Assembly: GCA_040386535.1 (NCBI GenBank)
Contig: JAZKFH010000003.1
Span: 96,001-160,000, forward strand
DNA length: 64,000 nucleotides
DNA from: Myxococcota bacterium
GTDB taxonomy: Bacteria; Myxococcota_A; UBA796; SXON01
Reading direction: 5' to 3'
Shown here: positions 18,590 through 28,970 of the stretch, one piece after another
Position numbering within the stretch: the stretch's first letter is position 1
Layout of the letters: each line of letters starts with the position of its first letter
Position numbers and translations under genes: made by a program
Notes under the pieces: model-generated
Seen by the model: only the letters and a program-made list of their open reading frames with translations
Told to the model about the DNA's origin: nothing
Databases searched by the model: none

Positions 18590-20553
18590 TGCGACCGATC
18601 ATCTACGCCACGCTCTCCATCCTCCTCGGCATGCTGGGCATCGTGGGCGTGGGCGAGGCCGACAGCTTCCGCCGCGCCAGCGAGGAGCGTGAGCTCCGCA
18701 TCCTGCGCGAGCGGCTCGTGCTCGACGTCGATCGGTGGGAGGACGCCATCGCCCAGCAGGTCGACCTCTGGCTCACCGATCTGTCGTCGCGCGACCGCGA
18801 CAAGGTGCGGGAGCGCGAGCAGTCCCTGCGGGCGAACCGCCCCTGGTTCGACGCGTTCTACCTGTGGGAGGCCGACGAGGTCAGCTGGCCGCCGCAGCAG
18901 CTCGCCGAGGATCTCGCCCTCCTCCGCTCCGACACCTGCCTCGCCGCCGCCAGCCAGCAGGCCGGCAAGGTCGACGCGACCACCGCCGCCCGCCTCTACC
19001 ACGGGTGTGTCGGGCGCAGCCCGCCCGTCGCCCTCCTCGCGGCGTCGGAGTCCGCCGAGCTGTTCCTCAACGCCGACCAGCCGCTCGCCGCCGAGCGTGT
19101 CATCCGCGACCTCGGCACCCTCTTCCTCATCCCGCTCAACGACGCGGCCACCTACGGCGTGAGCCCGCGCCGCCTCATCTACCTCCGCCTCCAGCTCGCG
19201 CGCGCGGTGGACAGCCTCGGGCGCACCGACGTCGCCGAGCGCATCGTCCGGACGCTCGCCTTCGAGGTCGCCTTCCTCGACGGCGCCGCGCTCGAGCCGC
19301 TCCTCGACGACCTGTGGGTGTACCCCATCGCGCGCGACCTGCGGCAGTACGGCGGGCCGTCGCTCGGCGGCGAGGACGACGAGCTCTACCTGCGCGCGAA
19401 GCGTCGTATCGCGGTGCTGCACGAGATCCGCACGCGCGAGTGGGATCTCCGCGACGTCCCCACCATCGCCCAGGGCCCGCGCCTGCTGGTCGACCAGTAC
19501 GGCGATCCGCCCTACCTGCTGTTCTTCGCGCGGCTGGAGATGGGCGCGCTGCTCGCCGGGCTCCAGCTCGATCAGCCCGCGCTCATCGCCAACTTCCGCG
19601 CCAGCGTCTCGCCGGAGCTGGGCCGGTGGGTCTCGGTGCGGGACCCGACGGGCGTGGTGCTCGACGGCAACGCGGAGCCGCTCGCCGCCGAGGTAGCGTT
19701 CACCCGCATCCTGCCCCACCTCCGCGTCGGCGTGGCCGCCGGCGCCCTCGGCCCCGGCACCGGCCTGCGCACCGCCTTCGTGCAGCTGCTCCCCATCGGG
19801 ATCGGCATCCTCATCGGCGTGTTCTCGCTGATCGGCCTCATCCGCAGCGACCGCAAGCAGGCCCTGCTGCTCGACCGCCAGCGCGAGTTCATGACGCGCG
19901 TGACCCACGAGTTCAAGACCCCCCTCGCCGGCATCCGCCTCATGGCGGAGAACCTCGAGATGGGTAGCTTCCGCGACGCGGCGCAACGCGAACGGTTCGC
20001 GCGCCAGATCGTCAAGGAGGCCGAGCGGCTCGGCCAGCGCCTCGACGAGGTCATCCGCGCCGCCAGCCGCCCCATCGACGAGCACGCCGAGGTCCTCGAT
20101 CCCGTGGAGATCGCCGTGCAGGTCGCGGAGCGCTGGACCCCGCTCTGCGAGCAGCAGGGCGTCACGCTCCACCTCGAGGCGCAGGAGGGGCAAGGCACCA
20201 TGATGGGGCGCCCGTCCTACCTGCGCGACGCCCTCACGAACCTGGTCGACAACGCCCTGAAGTACCGCAAACCGGATCGCCCGGGGGACGTGTGGATCCG
20301 TGTCCAGGTCGAGCGTCGGTGGGTACAGTTCGAGGTGGAGGACAACGGCATGGGCGTGCCCGCCAAGATGCGGAAGGCCATCTTCGAGCGCTTCCGGCGC
20401 GTGGAGGGCCCGGGTCGCGGCCTCTCCGGCGGGCACGGTCTCGGGTTAGCTTTCGTCGCTGAGGCTGTGCTTCTTCACGGCGGGAAAGTAGAGTGCCGTG
20501 AAGGCGTCGCCGGTGGCGCCCGATTCATCATGCGCGTGCGACGGAGGTCATAG
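18589..20553 (+). CDS. Membrane sensor histidine kinase
   Basis: Two TM segments; H-box VTHEFKTPL; NLVDNALKY, VEDNGMG and GHGLGL boxes. Confidence 0.95.
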   Translation: MRPIIYATLSILLGMLGIVGVGEADSFRRASEERELRILRERLVLDVDRWEDAIAQQVDLWLTDLSSRDRDKVREREQSLRANRPWFDAFYLWEADEVSWPPQQLAEDLALLRSDTCLAAASQQAGKVDATTAARLYHGCVGRSPPVALLAASESAELFLNADQPLAAERVIRDLGTLFLIPLNDAATYGVSPRRLIYLRLQLARAVDSLGRTDVAERIVRTLAFEVAFLDGAALEPLLDDLWVYPIARDLRQYGGPSLGGEDDELYLRAKRRIAVLHEIRTREWDLRDVPTIAQGPRLLVDQYGDPPYLLFFARLEMGALLAGLQLDQPALIANFRASVSPELGRWVSVRDPTGVVLDGNAEPLAAEVAFTRILPHLRVGVAAGALGPGTGLRTAFVQLLPIGIGILIGVFSLIGLIRSDRKQALLLDRQREFMTRVTHEFKTPLAGIRLMAENLEMGSFRDAAQRERFARQIVKEAERLGQRLDEVIRAASRPIDEHAEVLDPVEIAVQVAERWTPLCEQQGVTLHLEAQEGQGTMMGRPSYLRDALTNLVDNALKYRKPDRPGDVWIRVQVERRWVQFEVEDNGMGVPAKMRKAIFERFRRVEGPGRGLSGGHGLGLAFVAEAVLLHGGKVECREGVAGGARFIMRVRRRS

Positions 20554-21246
20554 ATGGAGACGCTTGGGGCCAGCATCCTGGTCGTCGAGGACGATGAGAC
20601 ACTCGCGATGGGGCTGACCAGCGCCCTGGAGCACGAGCGCTTCACGGTGACACATTGCGACAGCGGGGAGTCGGCGCTGGAGTCCATCGAGGACGACGTG
20701 CCCGACGTGCTCATCCTCGATGTGATGCTCCCGGGGATGGACGGGCTGTCCGTGCTCAAGCGGGTCAAGTCGGAGCACCCCGAGCTGCCGATCATCCTGC
20801 TCACGGCGCGCAGCGCCGAGGTGGATCGCGTGCTCGGCCTCGAGCTCGGCGCCGACGACTACGTGGTCAAGCCCTTCTCCCTGCGCGAGCTCATCGCGCG
20901 CGTGAAGGCTCGCCTGCGCGCCCGTCCCGCCGCCCCGCGCGCCCCCGAGGTGTACCGCTTCGGAAAGAACGAGGTCGATCTCCGCCGGCGCATCCTCATG
21001 CGCGATGGGGACGAGCACCGCATGACCACGCACGAGGCCGGCGTGCTCGCCTACCTCATCGCCAATCGTGGGCGTGACGTGAGCCGTGAGGACCTGCTGC
21101 AGCACGTCTGGGGCTACTCCCCCAGCATGGCGACCCGCACGGTCGACAACCAGATCCTCAAGCTTCGCAAGAAGGTCGAGGAGACCCCCTCCGACCCGCG
21201 GCACATCCTCACGGTGCACGGCACGGGCTACCGCTTCGAGGAGTAG
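20554..21246 (+). CDS. OmpR/PhoB-family response regulator
   Basis: ILVVEDD, LDVMLPGMDG and GADDYVVKPF receiver motifs; winged-helix motifs RTVDNQILKLRKK and TVHGTGYRF. Confidence 0.95.
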   Translation: METLGASILVVEDDETLAMGLTSALEHERFTVTHCDSGESALESIEDDVPDVLILDVMLPGMDGLSVLKRVKSEHPELPIILLTARSAEVDRVLGLELGADDYVVKPFSLRELIARVKARLRARPAAPRAPEVYRFGKNEVDLRRRILMRDGDEHRMTTHEAGVLAYLIANRGRDVSREDLLQHVWGYSPSMATRTVDNQILKLRKKVEETPSDPRHILTVHGTGYRFEE

Positions 21247-21317
21247 GCGCTCGTGTGCGCGGCGGGGCTGGCGACAGGGCCCGGGAGCGGCTACCGTTCG
21301 CCCCGTCGGAGGCCCTC

Positions 21318-23276
21318 ATGCGTACGTTCCTCGCCGCCCTGCTGCTCGCCGGTTGCACCGCCCCTTCGGATGATGCCGACGTGAAGGACACGTCCGATGT
21401 CGAGAGCGACACGGACACCGACACGGACACCGACAGCGATCCGGACGAGGATCGGGATGGGGACAGCTACCCGGCCAGCACCGACTGCGACGAGACCCGC
21501 CCGGACGTGAACCCGGGCGTGGCGCTCGACGTGTGCAATGACCGGGACGACAACTGTGACGGCACGGTCGACGAGGATCCGGACCTGTCCTGGTACCCCG
21601 ACGCGGACGAAGACGGCTTCGGCGATCCCGCCAGCTCCGCCGTCGTCACGTGTGACCCCGGCTCCGGCGCGTTCGCCACCAACGCCTCCGATTGTGACGA
21701 CACCAACAGCGACACGTTCCCCGCGGCGGACGAGCGGTGTGACGGCCTGGACAACGACTGTGACGGCGAGGTCGACAACGGATCAGCCCTCACGACCTGG
21801 TACCCCGACGCCGATGGGGACGGGTACGGCCAGGCAGGGTCCGTCGGCACGCTCACGTGTGACCCGGGCGCCGGCTCCTTCGCCTCCAACGACTCCGACT
21901 GCAACGACACCACCGCCGCCGTGTCCCCCGACGCCGTCGAGCGCTGCGACGACCTCGACAACGACTGCAACGGCTCCATCGACGAGAACGAGGCCGAGTG
22001 GACCGCGTTCTACGAGGACCGCGACGGTGACGGCGCCGGGACCACCTCCCTCGTCTACGGCTGTGACGCCGCGTCGGCCGGCGGCGCCACCAACGACTGG
22101 GACTGTGACGACTCGGACAGCGCCGAGCCCGTGTTCGTCGACACCTCCGGGGAGAGCCGTGGCCCCGGTACGGTCGCCCGCCCGTACAGCTCCATCCAAA
22201 CCGCCATCTACCAGGCCAACACCTGCGTACGGGTCGCCGCCGGCACCTACTACGAGGAGCTGGACTTCGCCGGCCGCGACATCGACGTGGCGAGCCTCGA
22301 CGGCTCGGGCTCCACGTTCGTGCAGGGGATCGGCAACACGTCCGTGGTGACCTTCCAATCCGGCGAGACCGCGGCCGCCCTTCTCCAGGGCTTCACGCTC
22401 TCCGGCGGCGCGGGCCACTTCTCGTCCACCAGCTCGTCCTACGTGAGCGGCAGCGTCTACTACTACTATTACGACTACACCTACGCGGGCGGCGGGGTCT
22501 ACATCTACCGTTCGGCGCCCACGTTGGTCGACGTGGTGATCACGGACAACGTCCTGCCCGCGGCGACCAACACCACCGTCGACTACGGGAGCACGGTCTA
22601 CTACTACACCGATACAAGCTCCGGTGGCGGCCTGTACGTGGAGTACGGCAGCGTGGCGCTCGAGGATGTCACCATCCAGGGCAACTACTCCTATAGCGGC
22701 GGGGCCATCCAGTCCCTCTACGGGGACGTGACGGGCGTGCGGGTCGACATCTCGGGCAACAACAGCCCCTACCCGACCGTGTGGAGCGAGAGCGGCTCCA
22801 TGATCCTCGACAACGTCATCTTCAACGCCAATCAGTCCGAGCAGGGCTATGGCATGTTCTACACCACCGGCGGCGGCAAGCTCGAGCTCCGCAACAGCGT
22901 GTTGCTCTCCGGCAACTACGGCATCTTCAACGGCGGTTCGGACGTGATGCTCTCGAGCAGCATCGTGAGCGGAAACGACATCGGCATCTACGACGCGTCG
23001 GGCGGCGGTTACACCTGGGTCCTCACCTACAACGACGTGTATGGGAACGACCTGGATTGGCAGGCCGTCGCGGATCCCACCGGTACGGAAGGCAACCTGT
23101 ACGTCAATCCCCGCTTCACGAATTGGATCGACGACACGGACTACGCGTCCGACGACCTCACGCTGGGGAGCCGTAGCATCCTGGTGGACGCCGGGGATCC
23201 GGACGCGGCGCGGAATGATGTGGATGGGTCGCGGAACGACATGGGGGCTCATGGCGGGCCGAGCGGGGCTTGGTAG
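21318..23276 (+). CDS. Lipoprotein with Cys/Asp 'putative metal-binding' (MopE-like) repeats and a C-terminal right-handed beta-helix
   Basis: LLAGC lipobox; repeats of DCDD...P...E.CDGLDNDCDG and WYPDADGDGYG; then a pectin-lyase-like region ending DAGDP...DVDGSRNDMGAHGG. Confidence 0.85.
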   Translation: MRTFLAALLLAGCTAPSDDADVKDTSDVESDTDTDTDTDSDPDEDRDGDSYPASTDCDETRPDVNPGVALDVCNDRDDNCDGTVDEDPDLSWYPDADEDGFGDPASSAVVTCDPGSGAFATNASDCDDTNSDTFPAADERCDGLDNDCDGEVDNGSALTTWYPDADGDGYGQAGSVGTLTCDPGAGSFASNDSDCNDTTAAVSPDAVERCDDLDNDCNGSIDENEAEWTAFYEDRDGDGAGTTSLVYGCDAASAGGATNDWDCDDSDSAEPVFVDTSGESRGPGTVARPYSSIQTAIYQANTCVRVAAGTYYEELDFAGRDIDVASLDGSGSTFVQGIGNTSVVTFQSGETAAALLQGFTLSGGAGHFSSTSSSYVSGSVYYYYYDYTYAGGGVYIYRSAPTLVDVVITDNVLPAATNTTVDYGSTVYYYTDTSSGGGLYVEYGSVALEDVTIQGNYSYSGGAIQSLYGDVTGVRVDISGNNSPYPTVWSESGSMILDNVIFNANQSEQGYGMFYTTGGGKLELRNSVLLSGNYGIFNGGSDVMLSSSIVSGNDIGIYDASGGGYTWVLTYNDVYGNDLDWQAVADPTGTEGNLYVNPRFTNWIDDTDYASDDLTLGSRSILVDAGDPDAARNDVDGSRNDMGAHGGPSGAW

Positions 23277-23455
23277 GCCAAAACCTGCCTTCCCCCCGAT
23301 CTCCGTGGATTTGCGGCATCGACGCGCGCGCCCGGGTACATGGCGAAAACGCTGGCCGAGGTCGTTGCGGCCGGCGTGCAGGCACGATGAGAGATCAGTG
23401 AGAGGTCCGCCCCGGCGCCCTCGCGCATAGGGTGCCGCTCGCCCTCGAGGTTCTC

Positions 23456-25180
23456 GTGAAGCTCCATCGCCCCGCCCTGGCCGTTCTCGCGCTCTACATC
23501 GGCCTCCCCGCGCTGGGCGCCTCTGACGCCGAAGCGGCCTTCATCCGGCGCACAGCCATAAAGGTCAAGACCAACAGCAACGGCGACACTTCCTACCGCG
23601 TCGGCACCACCGTGAGCGGCGACGCCGGCACGGTGGCCACGATTACCGCCGCGATTGAGTCCGACGCGGGTGAGGAGGAGCTCGCGCTCGTCGAGACCGA
23701 CGCCTGGCTGCACGGCGCCGCGACGATCGCCGCCCTGCCCGCCACCGATGTTGCTCTCACGGTCACCCTCTACGATAGCGGCAGCGCCTCGCTGATCTCC
23801 TTCTCCGGGACGCTCGCGGCGGACGGGACGGTCACCCTCGCGGCCGACGATACCACCTCGATCGAAAACGCGGACTGCGCGTCTCGCACGGGCTGCGCCG
23901 AGGAGACCACACGCGCGGACTCTCCCGACATCGAAATGCTCGCCGCCGATGTGTTCGCCGCCGCGAAGGGCTACGACCTGAGCATCGACCTCGCGGGCGC
24001 GGACACCTATGAAGTGGCCTACGCCAGCGTCACCGTCACCGAGCCGGGCGGGGCGGTCTGCCTTGCCACCGACGAGAAGGGCAACTGCCTCAAGTGGGAG
24101 ACCACCAAGGAGGTGAGCACCCGCTCCGAGGTGTTCTGGGACGACATCGGCTCCGTTTGGGAGGCCGAGGCCACCGCGGCGCACGAGGGCCTCATGCAGT
24201 TGAAGGTGATTGCCTCCGACGCTCGGGGCAACAAGCTCGAGACGGCCAAGTCGAAGCTCGGGGCGCCGTGGCTGGATGACGGCGAGGGCGTCAACACGCT
24301 CGCGACGGACGAGGATCCGTTGACGAGGGTGGCGCTCCACAAGGGCCTGGTGGGCTGGTGGGCTTTTGACGACCAGGCCGCCCAGGACCAACTGACCATC
24401 GTCTCCGAAGGCTGGGCCTCCGGCGACGAGCTGCCCGTCGACGCCGAGGTCGAGCTGACGAACGGCGAGACGATCACCATCCCGGTGAACAGCTACCAGA
24501 AGCGCCTCCGCTTCCCCATCACCATCAACTACCTGGCCGAAACGAAAAACACGGGCTTCGCCTTCAAGACCTTCAACATCACGGCGTCCGGGATTCTGTT
24601 GCCGCTGAGTCCGGACGACCTCTACTTCGGGCAGGTGCGGCCGGTGTGCAGCGAGGGCTTCTGCGCGACGGTGAGCGTCAGCGACGGGGGTGAGTACGAG
24701 CTCTCGATGATGGCCTACGGAGCCGCCGCCGCCGCGCTCCCCGAGGAGTTCGAGGTGTCAATCTCCGTCCTGGACGAATTCGGCGACGAGGTTGCGGCGG
24801 AGACCGCCCTGGTGGAGCTCGACGACGAGATCACCGCGGTGTTCGCCAACGAGGTGAGCCTGGTCGGGGATCCCATCGGGGTCGACCTCTCCGGAAAGGT
24901 GAAGCTGCTCGGCGAAGCGAACCGCAAGGGGAAGCAGGAGACGCTCGCCAAGGGCAAGTTCTATGGCACCTTCTCGCGTGACGGGGACGGCGACCTGGAG
25001 CTCGCGGGCGCCGACAAGGACGAGGTGGTGTCCAGCGGTGACATCATCGTGGCCGGCGAGGCCGTGTTCCTGACGGATCGGGAGGGTGTCCCCGTGGCTC
25101 CCCCTGCGATTCAATTCAGCAACGGCTCGGGCACGAAGAACGCGACCACCACAACGTCGACCAGGCCCCAGCTGCTCTGA
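23456..25180 (+). CDS. Hypothetical secreted acidic beta-rich protein
   Basis: GTG start after GAGG; signal peptide ending ASDAEA; about 575-aa ORF with no recognised family. Confidence 0.75.
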   Translation: MKLHRPALAVLALYIGLPALGASDAEAAFIRRTAIKVKTNSNGDTSYRVGTTVSGDAGTVATITAAIESDAGEEELALVETDAWLHGAATIAALPATDVALTVTLYDSGSASLISFSGTLAADGTVTLAADDTTSIENADCASRTGCAEETTRADSPDIEMLAADVFAAAKGYDLSIDLAGADTYEVAYASVTVTEPGGAVCLATDEKGNCLKWETTKEVSTRSEVFWDDIGSVWEAEATAAHEGLMQLKVIASDARGNKLETAKSKLGAPWLDDGEGVNTLATDEDPLTRVALHKGLVGWWAFDDQAAQDQLTIVSEGWASGDELPVDAEVELTNGETITIPVNSYQKRLRFPITINYLAETKNTGFAFKTFNITASGILLPLSPDDLYFGQVRPVCSEGFCATVSVSDGGEYELSMMAYGAAAAALPEEFEVSISVLDEFGDEVAAETALVELDDEITAVFANEVSLVGDPIGVDLSGKVKLLGEANRKGKQETLAKGKFYGTFSRDGDGDLELAGADKDEVVSSGDIIVAGEAVFLTDREGVPVAPPAIQFSNGSGTKNATTTTSTRPQLL

Positions 25181-25409
25181 GCCGGGGGCCCCGGCGCCGG
25201 GCGGGTTGCGTCCAGTGGGGCGCCCGGTACGCCCCAAGGCGGGCCGGGGGGCGATTGGTGAGTCAGATTCGGCGTTGCACCGACTGATTCATGCGTGCGT
25301 CACTGCGTGAGTCAAGCGCCTGAGGGGTCAGGGTTGCGAAACGCGGACCAGGGCTCCCCTCTGCGCGACCCGCCCGCGCCTTCGTCGACCCGGTCCTCGC
25401 CCATGCGTG

Positions 25410-25813
25410 CGAGGTCGCGATGCCGGGGTAGCCGACCTGGGGGGTCGCAGGCGAGGACGAGGAGCAAGGTGGTCGGAAGAAGGGTGCGCATGCACCGGCC
25501 GGATCGGCGACATGGACGGCGACGGGCTGGCAGACTGGTTCATGTTCAGCCAGGTGAACAGGGGCGGCGAGGCGCACGCCGTGAGCGGTGCACTGTGGCA
25601 TCCGGCGCGATCTCCTGGGCGACGGAGCTCACAGCGGAGGACGCGGACCTGATCGTTTCGGGCTCAGTGCCAAATCAATCTCTCGGCGAGCGCCTCGCCG
25701 TCGTGGACGTGGACGGTGACGGTTGCGACGACATCGTGACGCCGTCCTACTATCATCCGCTTCCGTACGGCGGCGCCGAGACCTTCGTGCTGTTCGGGCA
25801 ATACGGCCCGTAG
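25410..25813 (+). pseudogene. Truncated, frameshifted FG-GAP (integrin-alpha-like) repeat gene remnant
   Basis: One frame gives IGDMDGDGLADW...AHAVSG. A different frame continues ADLIVSG...SLGERLAVVDVDGDGCDDIV...TFVLFG to TAG at 25813. No plausible N-terminus or signal peptide. Confidence 0.65.
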
Positions 25814-25974
25814 ACCACATCCCGCGCATTCGCATGACACTCCGTTACGAGGGGTCGGAATTCGCAGCACCGTTGGCGCTTCGGTGGCCGCTCGGAGGGA
25901 AGGAGCAACGCGAGACCACGCCGAGGGCGTGGATTCGGAGAACCCAGTCGACTAGAATGCGGCGAGACCACGAC

Positions 25975-28821
25975 ATGCGCTACGATCCCGACGAGCTTCC
26001 TCCGATGCGCGAGAGCGAGATGGCCACTCGAATGCGCGCCGTGGACTGGTCGAAGTCCGTCTTCGGGCCGGCGTCGGGCTGGCCGCAGGCCCTGAGGTTG
26101 GCGGTGGGGATCTGCCTCGACAGCCGCTTCCCGATGTTCGTCTGGTGGGGGCCCGACAGGATCAACCTGTATAACGACGCCTACATCCCCATCCTCGGGA
26201 GCCGGCATCCGGCCGCGCTCGCGCAGCCCGCGCAGGAGGTGTGGCCGGAGATCTGGGACGTGATCGGTCCGCAAGCCGACGCGGTGATGCAGCGGGGCGA
26301 GGCCACCTGGAACGAGCGGGTGCACCTGCGCATGGAGCGCAACGGGTTCGCGGAGGACACGTGGTTCACGTGGTCCTACAGCGCCATCCGCGACGAGCAG
26401 GGCAAGATCGTGGGGCTGTTCTGCGCTTGCGCCGAACATACCGCGGAGGTGCTGTTGGAGAGGGAGCGCGATCGCCTCGCCGTCCAGAATCGGCAGGCCG
26501 AGGAGCACGCGCGCAACATCCTCCAGAGCATCACGGATGCGTTCTTCGGGCTCGACCGCGAGTGGCGATTCACCTACGTCAACCTCCGGGCCCAACAGGT
26601 CCTCGGACGCTCCGACCTCGTCGGGCAGGTGTTGTGGGACGCGTACCCGGGGGCCCGCGGGTCGGAGTTCGAGCGCATGTACCTGCGCACCGCCAACGAG
26701 CGGATCCCGGCGTCGTTCACCAGCTTCTACCCGGACCACCAACGCTGGTACGAGGTCCGCTCGTACCCCGCGCCCGACGGCATCGCGGTCTACTTCCGGG
26801 ACACCACCGAGCAGCACCGGCTGGCCGAGGAACGGGAGCAGCTCGCGCGCCGGCTCGCGGCGGAGGTGGATCGTTTCGACCTCGTCCTCTCCTGGATCAG
26901 CGATTTTGCGTACACGTTCGATCTGGAGGGTCGCTTCACGTTCGCGAACAAGGCGCTGCTGGACCTGTGGGGCCTGCCCCTCGAGCAGGCCATCGGCAAG
27001 AACTTCTTCGATCTCGGCTACCCCCCGGAGCTCGCGGAGCGGCTCCAGCGGGAGATCCAGCACGTCATCCACACGAGGGAGCGAGTGGTCGGCGAGACCC
27101 CCTACACGAGCCCCGCCGGGGAGCCCGGGGAGTACCAATACATCTTCTCGGCCATCCTCGATCGGGACGGGCGGGTCGAGCAGGTCGCCGGCTCCACGCG
27201 GGACATCAGCGCCCTCGTGCGCTCCGAACACGCCCTGCGCGCGAGCGAGGCGGCCACGGAGCGCGAGCGGCGGCTGTACCACGCGATCCTGGGCAACACG
27301 CCCGACCTCGCCTACGTCTTCGATCTGAACCATCGCTTCATCTACGCAAACGAGGTCCTGCTCGCGACGTGGGGCAAGACGCTCGCGGAGGCGATTGGCA
27401 AGACCTGCCTGGAGCTCGGCTACGAGTCGTGGCACGCGCAGATGCACGATCGTGAGATCGAACAGGTGATCGCGACCAAGGCGCCCATCCGCGGAGAGGT
27501 GCCGTTCACCGGTACGGGCGGCCGTCGCATGTACGACTACATCATGGTGCCGGTGCTCGGCCGCGACGGCGAGGTCGAGGCGGTCGCGGGCACCACGCGG
27601 GACGTCACCGATCGCCACGAGGGCGAGAAGGAGCGCGAGCAGCTCCTTTCCAGCGAGCGGGCGGCGCGCAACGAGGCCGAGCGCGCCGGGCGTGTCAAGG
27701 ACGAGTTCCTCGCGACCCTCTCCCACGAACTGCGGACCCCGCTCACAGCGATCCACGGGTGGGCGCAAATCCTGTCCCGTCGCGCACCCACCCCCGAGAC
27801 GCTCGCGCGCGGCCTCGCGGTGATCGAGCGCAACGCCCGCGTCCAGACCCAACTGATCGCCGATATGCTCGACATGAGCAGCATCATCTCCGGGAAGATG
27901 CGTCTCGACGTGCAGGACGTGGAGCTCCCCCTCGTCATCGAGTCGGCCCTCGACGCGGTACGGCCCGCCGCCCAGGCGCGAGGCGTCGCGCTCGAGACGG
28001 AGGTGCCCGATGACACCGGGCCGGTGCGCGCGGATCCTGCCAGGCTTCAGCAGGTCGTTTGGAACCTGCTATCCAACGCCGTGAAGTTCACGCCGCGTGG
28101 CGGGCGGGTCGTCGTGGGGCTGGGGCGGGTGGAATCACACGTCGAGATCTCGGTGCGTGACACGGGAAAGGGCATCCAGGCCGCGTTCCTCCCCCACGTG
28201 TTCGAGCGTTTCCGGCAAGCGGACAGCTCCGCGTCCCGTGAGCACGGGGGGCTCGGGCTCGGCCTCGCCATCGTGAAACAGCTCGTCGAGGTGCATGGGG
28301 GCACGGTCGCGGTCATCAGCGAGGGCGAGGGCCTCGGGTCGACGTTCACGGTCGCGCTGCCCCTCGCGGAGAACCTTCACGGGATCGCCCCTTCGAACCC
28401 GGCCTCTCGCGGCATGACCGGACACGTTCCGTCCGCGATCGCAGCGCCCGATCTGGAGGGGGTGCGGGTGCTCGTCGTCGACGATGACCCCGATACCCGC
28501 GACATGGTCCGGCGCCTGCTCGAGGAGTGCGCCGCGAAGGTCGTCGTCGCGGCGTCAGCCCAGGATGCACTGGACGTGGTGGCCGAGGGGGGCGTGGATG
28601 TCATCGTCTCGGACCTCGGCATGCCCGGCTATGACGGATTCGAGATGATGCTGGAGCTGCGGAGGCGCGGCGTGGGAGTGCCCGCGGCGGCGCTCACGGC
28701 GTTCGCGCGCGAGGAGGACCGGTCACGCGCCTTGCGCTCCGGCTACCAGGCACACCTCGTGAAGCCCGTCGAGCCGGCTGAGCTGCTCGCCACCGTCGCA
28801 GCGCTCGCACGCACGCTCTGA
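25975..28821 (+). CDS. Soluble multi-PAS hybrid histidine kinase (PAS x4, HisKA, HATPase, REC)
   Basis: PMFVWWG...YNDAY PAS-like domain plus three PAS/PAC units; LSHELRTPL; NLLSNAVKFT; GGLGLGL; REC motifs VVDDD, SDLGMP and KP. Confidence 0.93.
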   Translation: MRYDPDELPPMRESEMATRMRAVDWSKSVFGPASGWPQALRLAVGICLDSRFPMFVWWGPDRINLYNDAYIPILGSRHPAALAQPAQEVWPEIWDVIGPQADAVMQRGEATWNERVHLRMERNGFAEDTWFTWSYSAIRDEQGKIVGLFCACAEHTAEVLLERERDRLAVQNRQAEEHARNILQSITDAFFGLDREWRFTYVNLRAQQVLGRSDLVGQVLWDAYPGARGSEFERMYLRTANERIPASFTSFYPDHQRWYEVRSYPAPDGIAVYFRDTTEQHRLAEEREQLARRLAAEVDRFDLVLSWISDFAYTFDLEGRFTFANKALLDLWGLPLEQAIGKNFFDLGYPPELAERLQREIQHVIHTRERVVGETPYTSPAGEPGEYQYIFSAILDRDGRVEQVAGSTRDISALVRSEHALRASEAATERERRLYHAILGNTPDLAYVFDLNHRFIYANEVLLATWGKTLAEAIGKTCLELGYESWHAQMHDREIEQVIATKAPIRGEVPFTGTGGRRMYDYIMVPVLGRDGEVEAVAGTTRDVTDRHEGEKEREQLLSSERAARNEAERAGRVKDEFLATLSHELRTPLTAIHGWAQILSRRAPTPETLARGLAVIERNARVQTQLIADMLDMSSIISGKMRLDVQDVELPLVIESALDAVRPAAQARGVALETEVPDDTGPVRADPARLQQVVWNLLSNAVKFTPRGGRVVVGLGRVESHVEISVRDTGKGIQAAFLPHVFERFRQADSSASREHGGLGLGLAIVKQLVEVHGGTVAVISEGEGLGSTFTVALPLAENLHGIAPSNPASRGMTGHVPSAIAAPDLEGVRVLVVDDDPDTRDMVRRLLEECAAKVVVAASAQDALDVVAEGGVDVIVSDLGMPGYDGFEMMLELRRRGVGVPAAALTAFAREEDRSRALRSGYQAHLVKPVEPAELLATVAALARTL

Positions 28822-28970
28822 AGAAAAATGACACAGGGTCGCGCCGCCCCTCCAACCGTTACGCGGCCCACTCTTATCGGGACGAACAATCGACGGCGCG
28901 GCCCCCGCTCCAAGATACGGAGAAGCTGCGGAATCGAACGAAACAGTTGGTCTCGTCATCGGGAGGCGTC

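Noticed and set aside
23353..23370. Sigma54-like TGGC...TTGC upstream of the orphan gene
   Set aside because: The spacing is 8 nt rather than the strict 7 nt between TGGC and TTGC.
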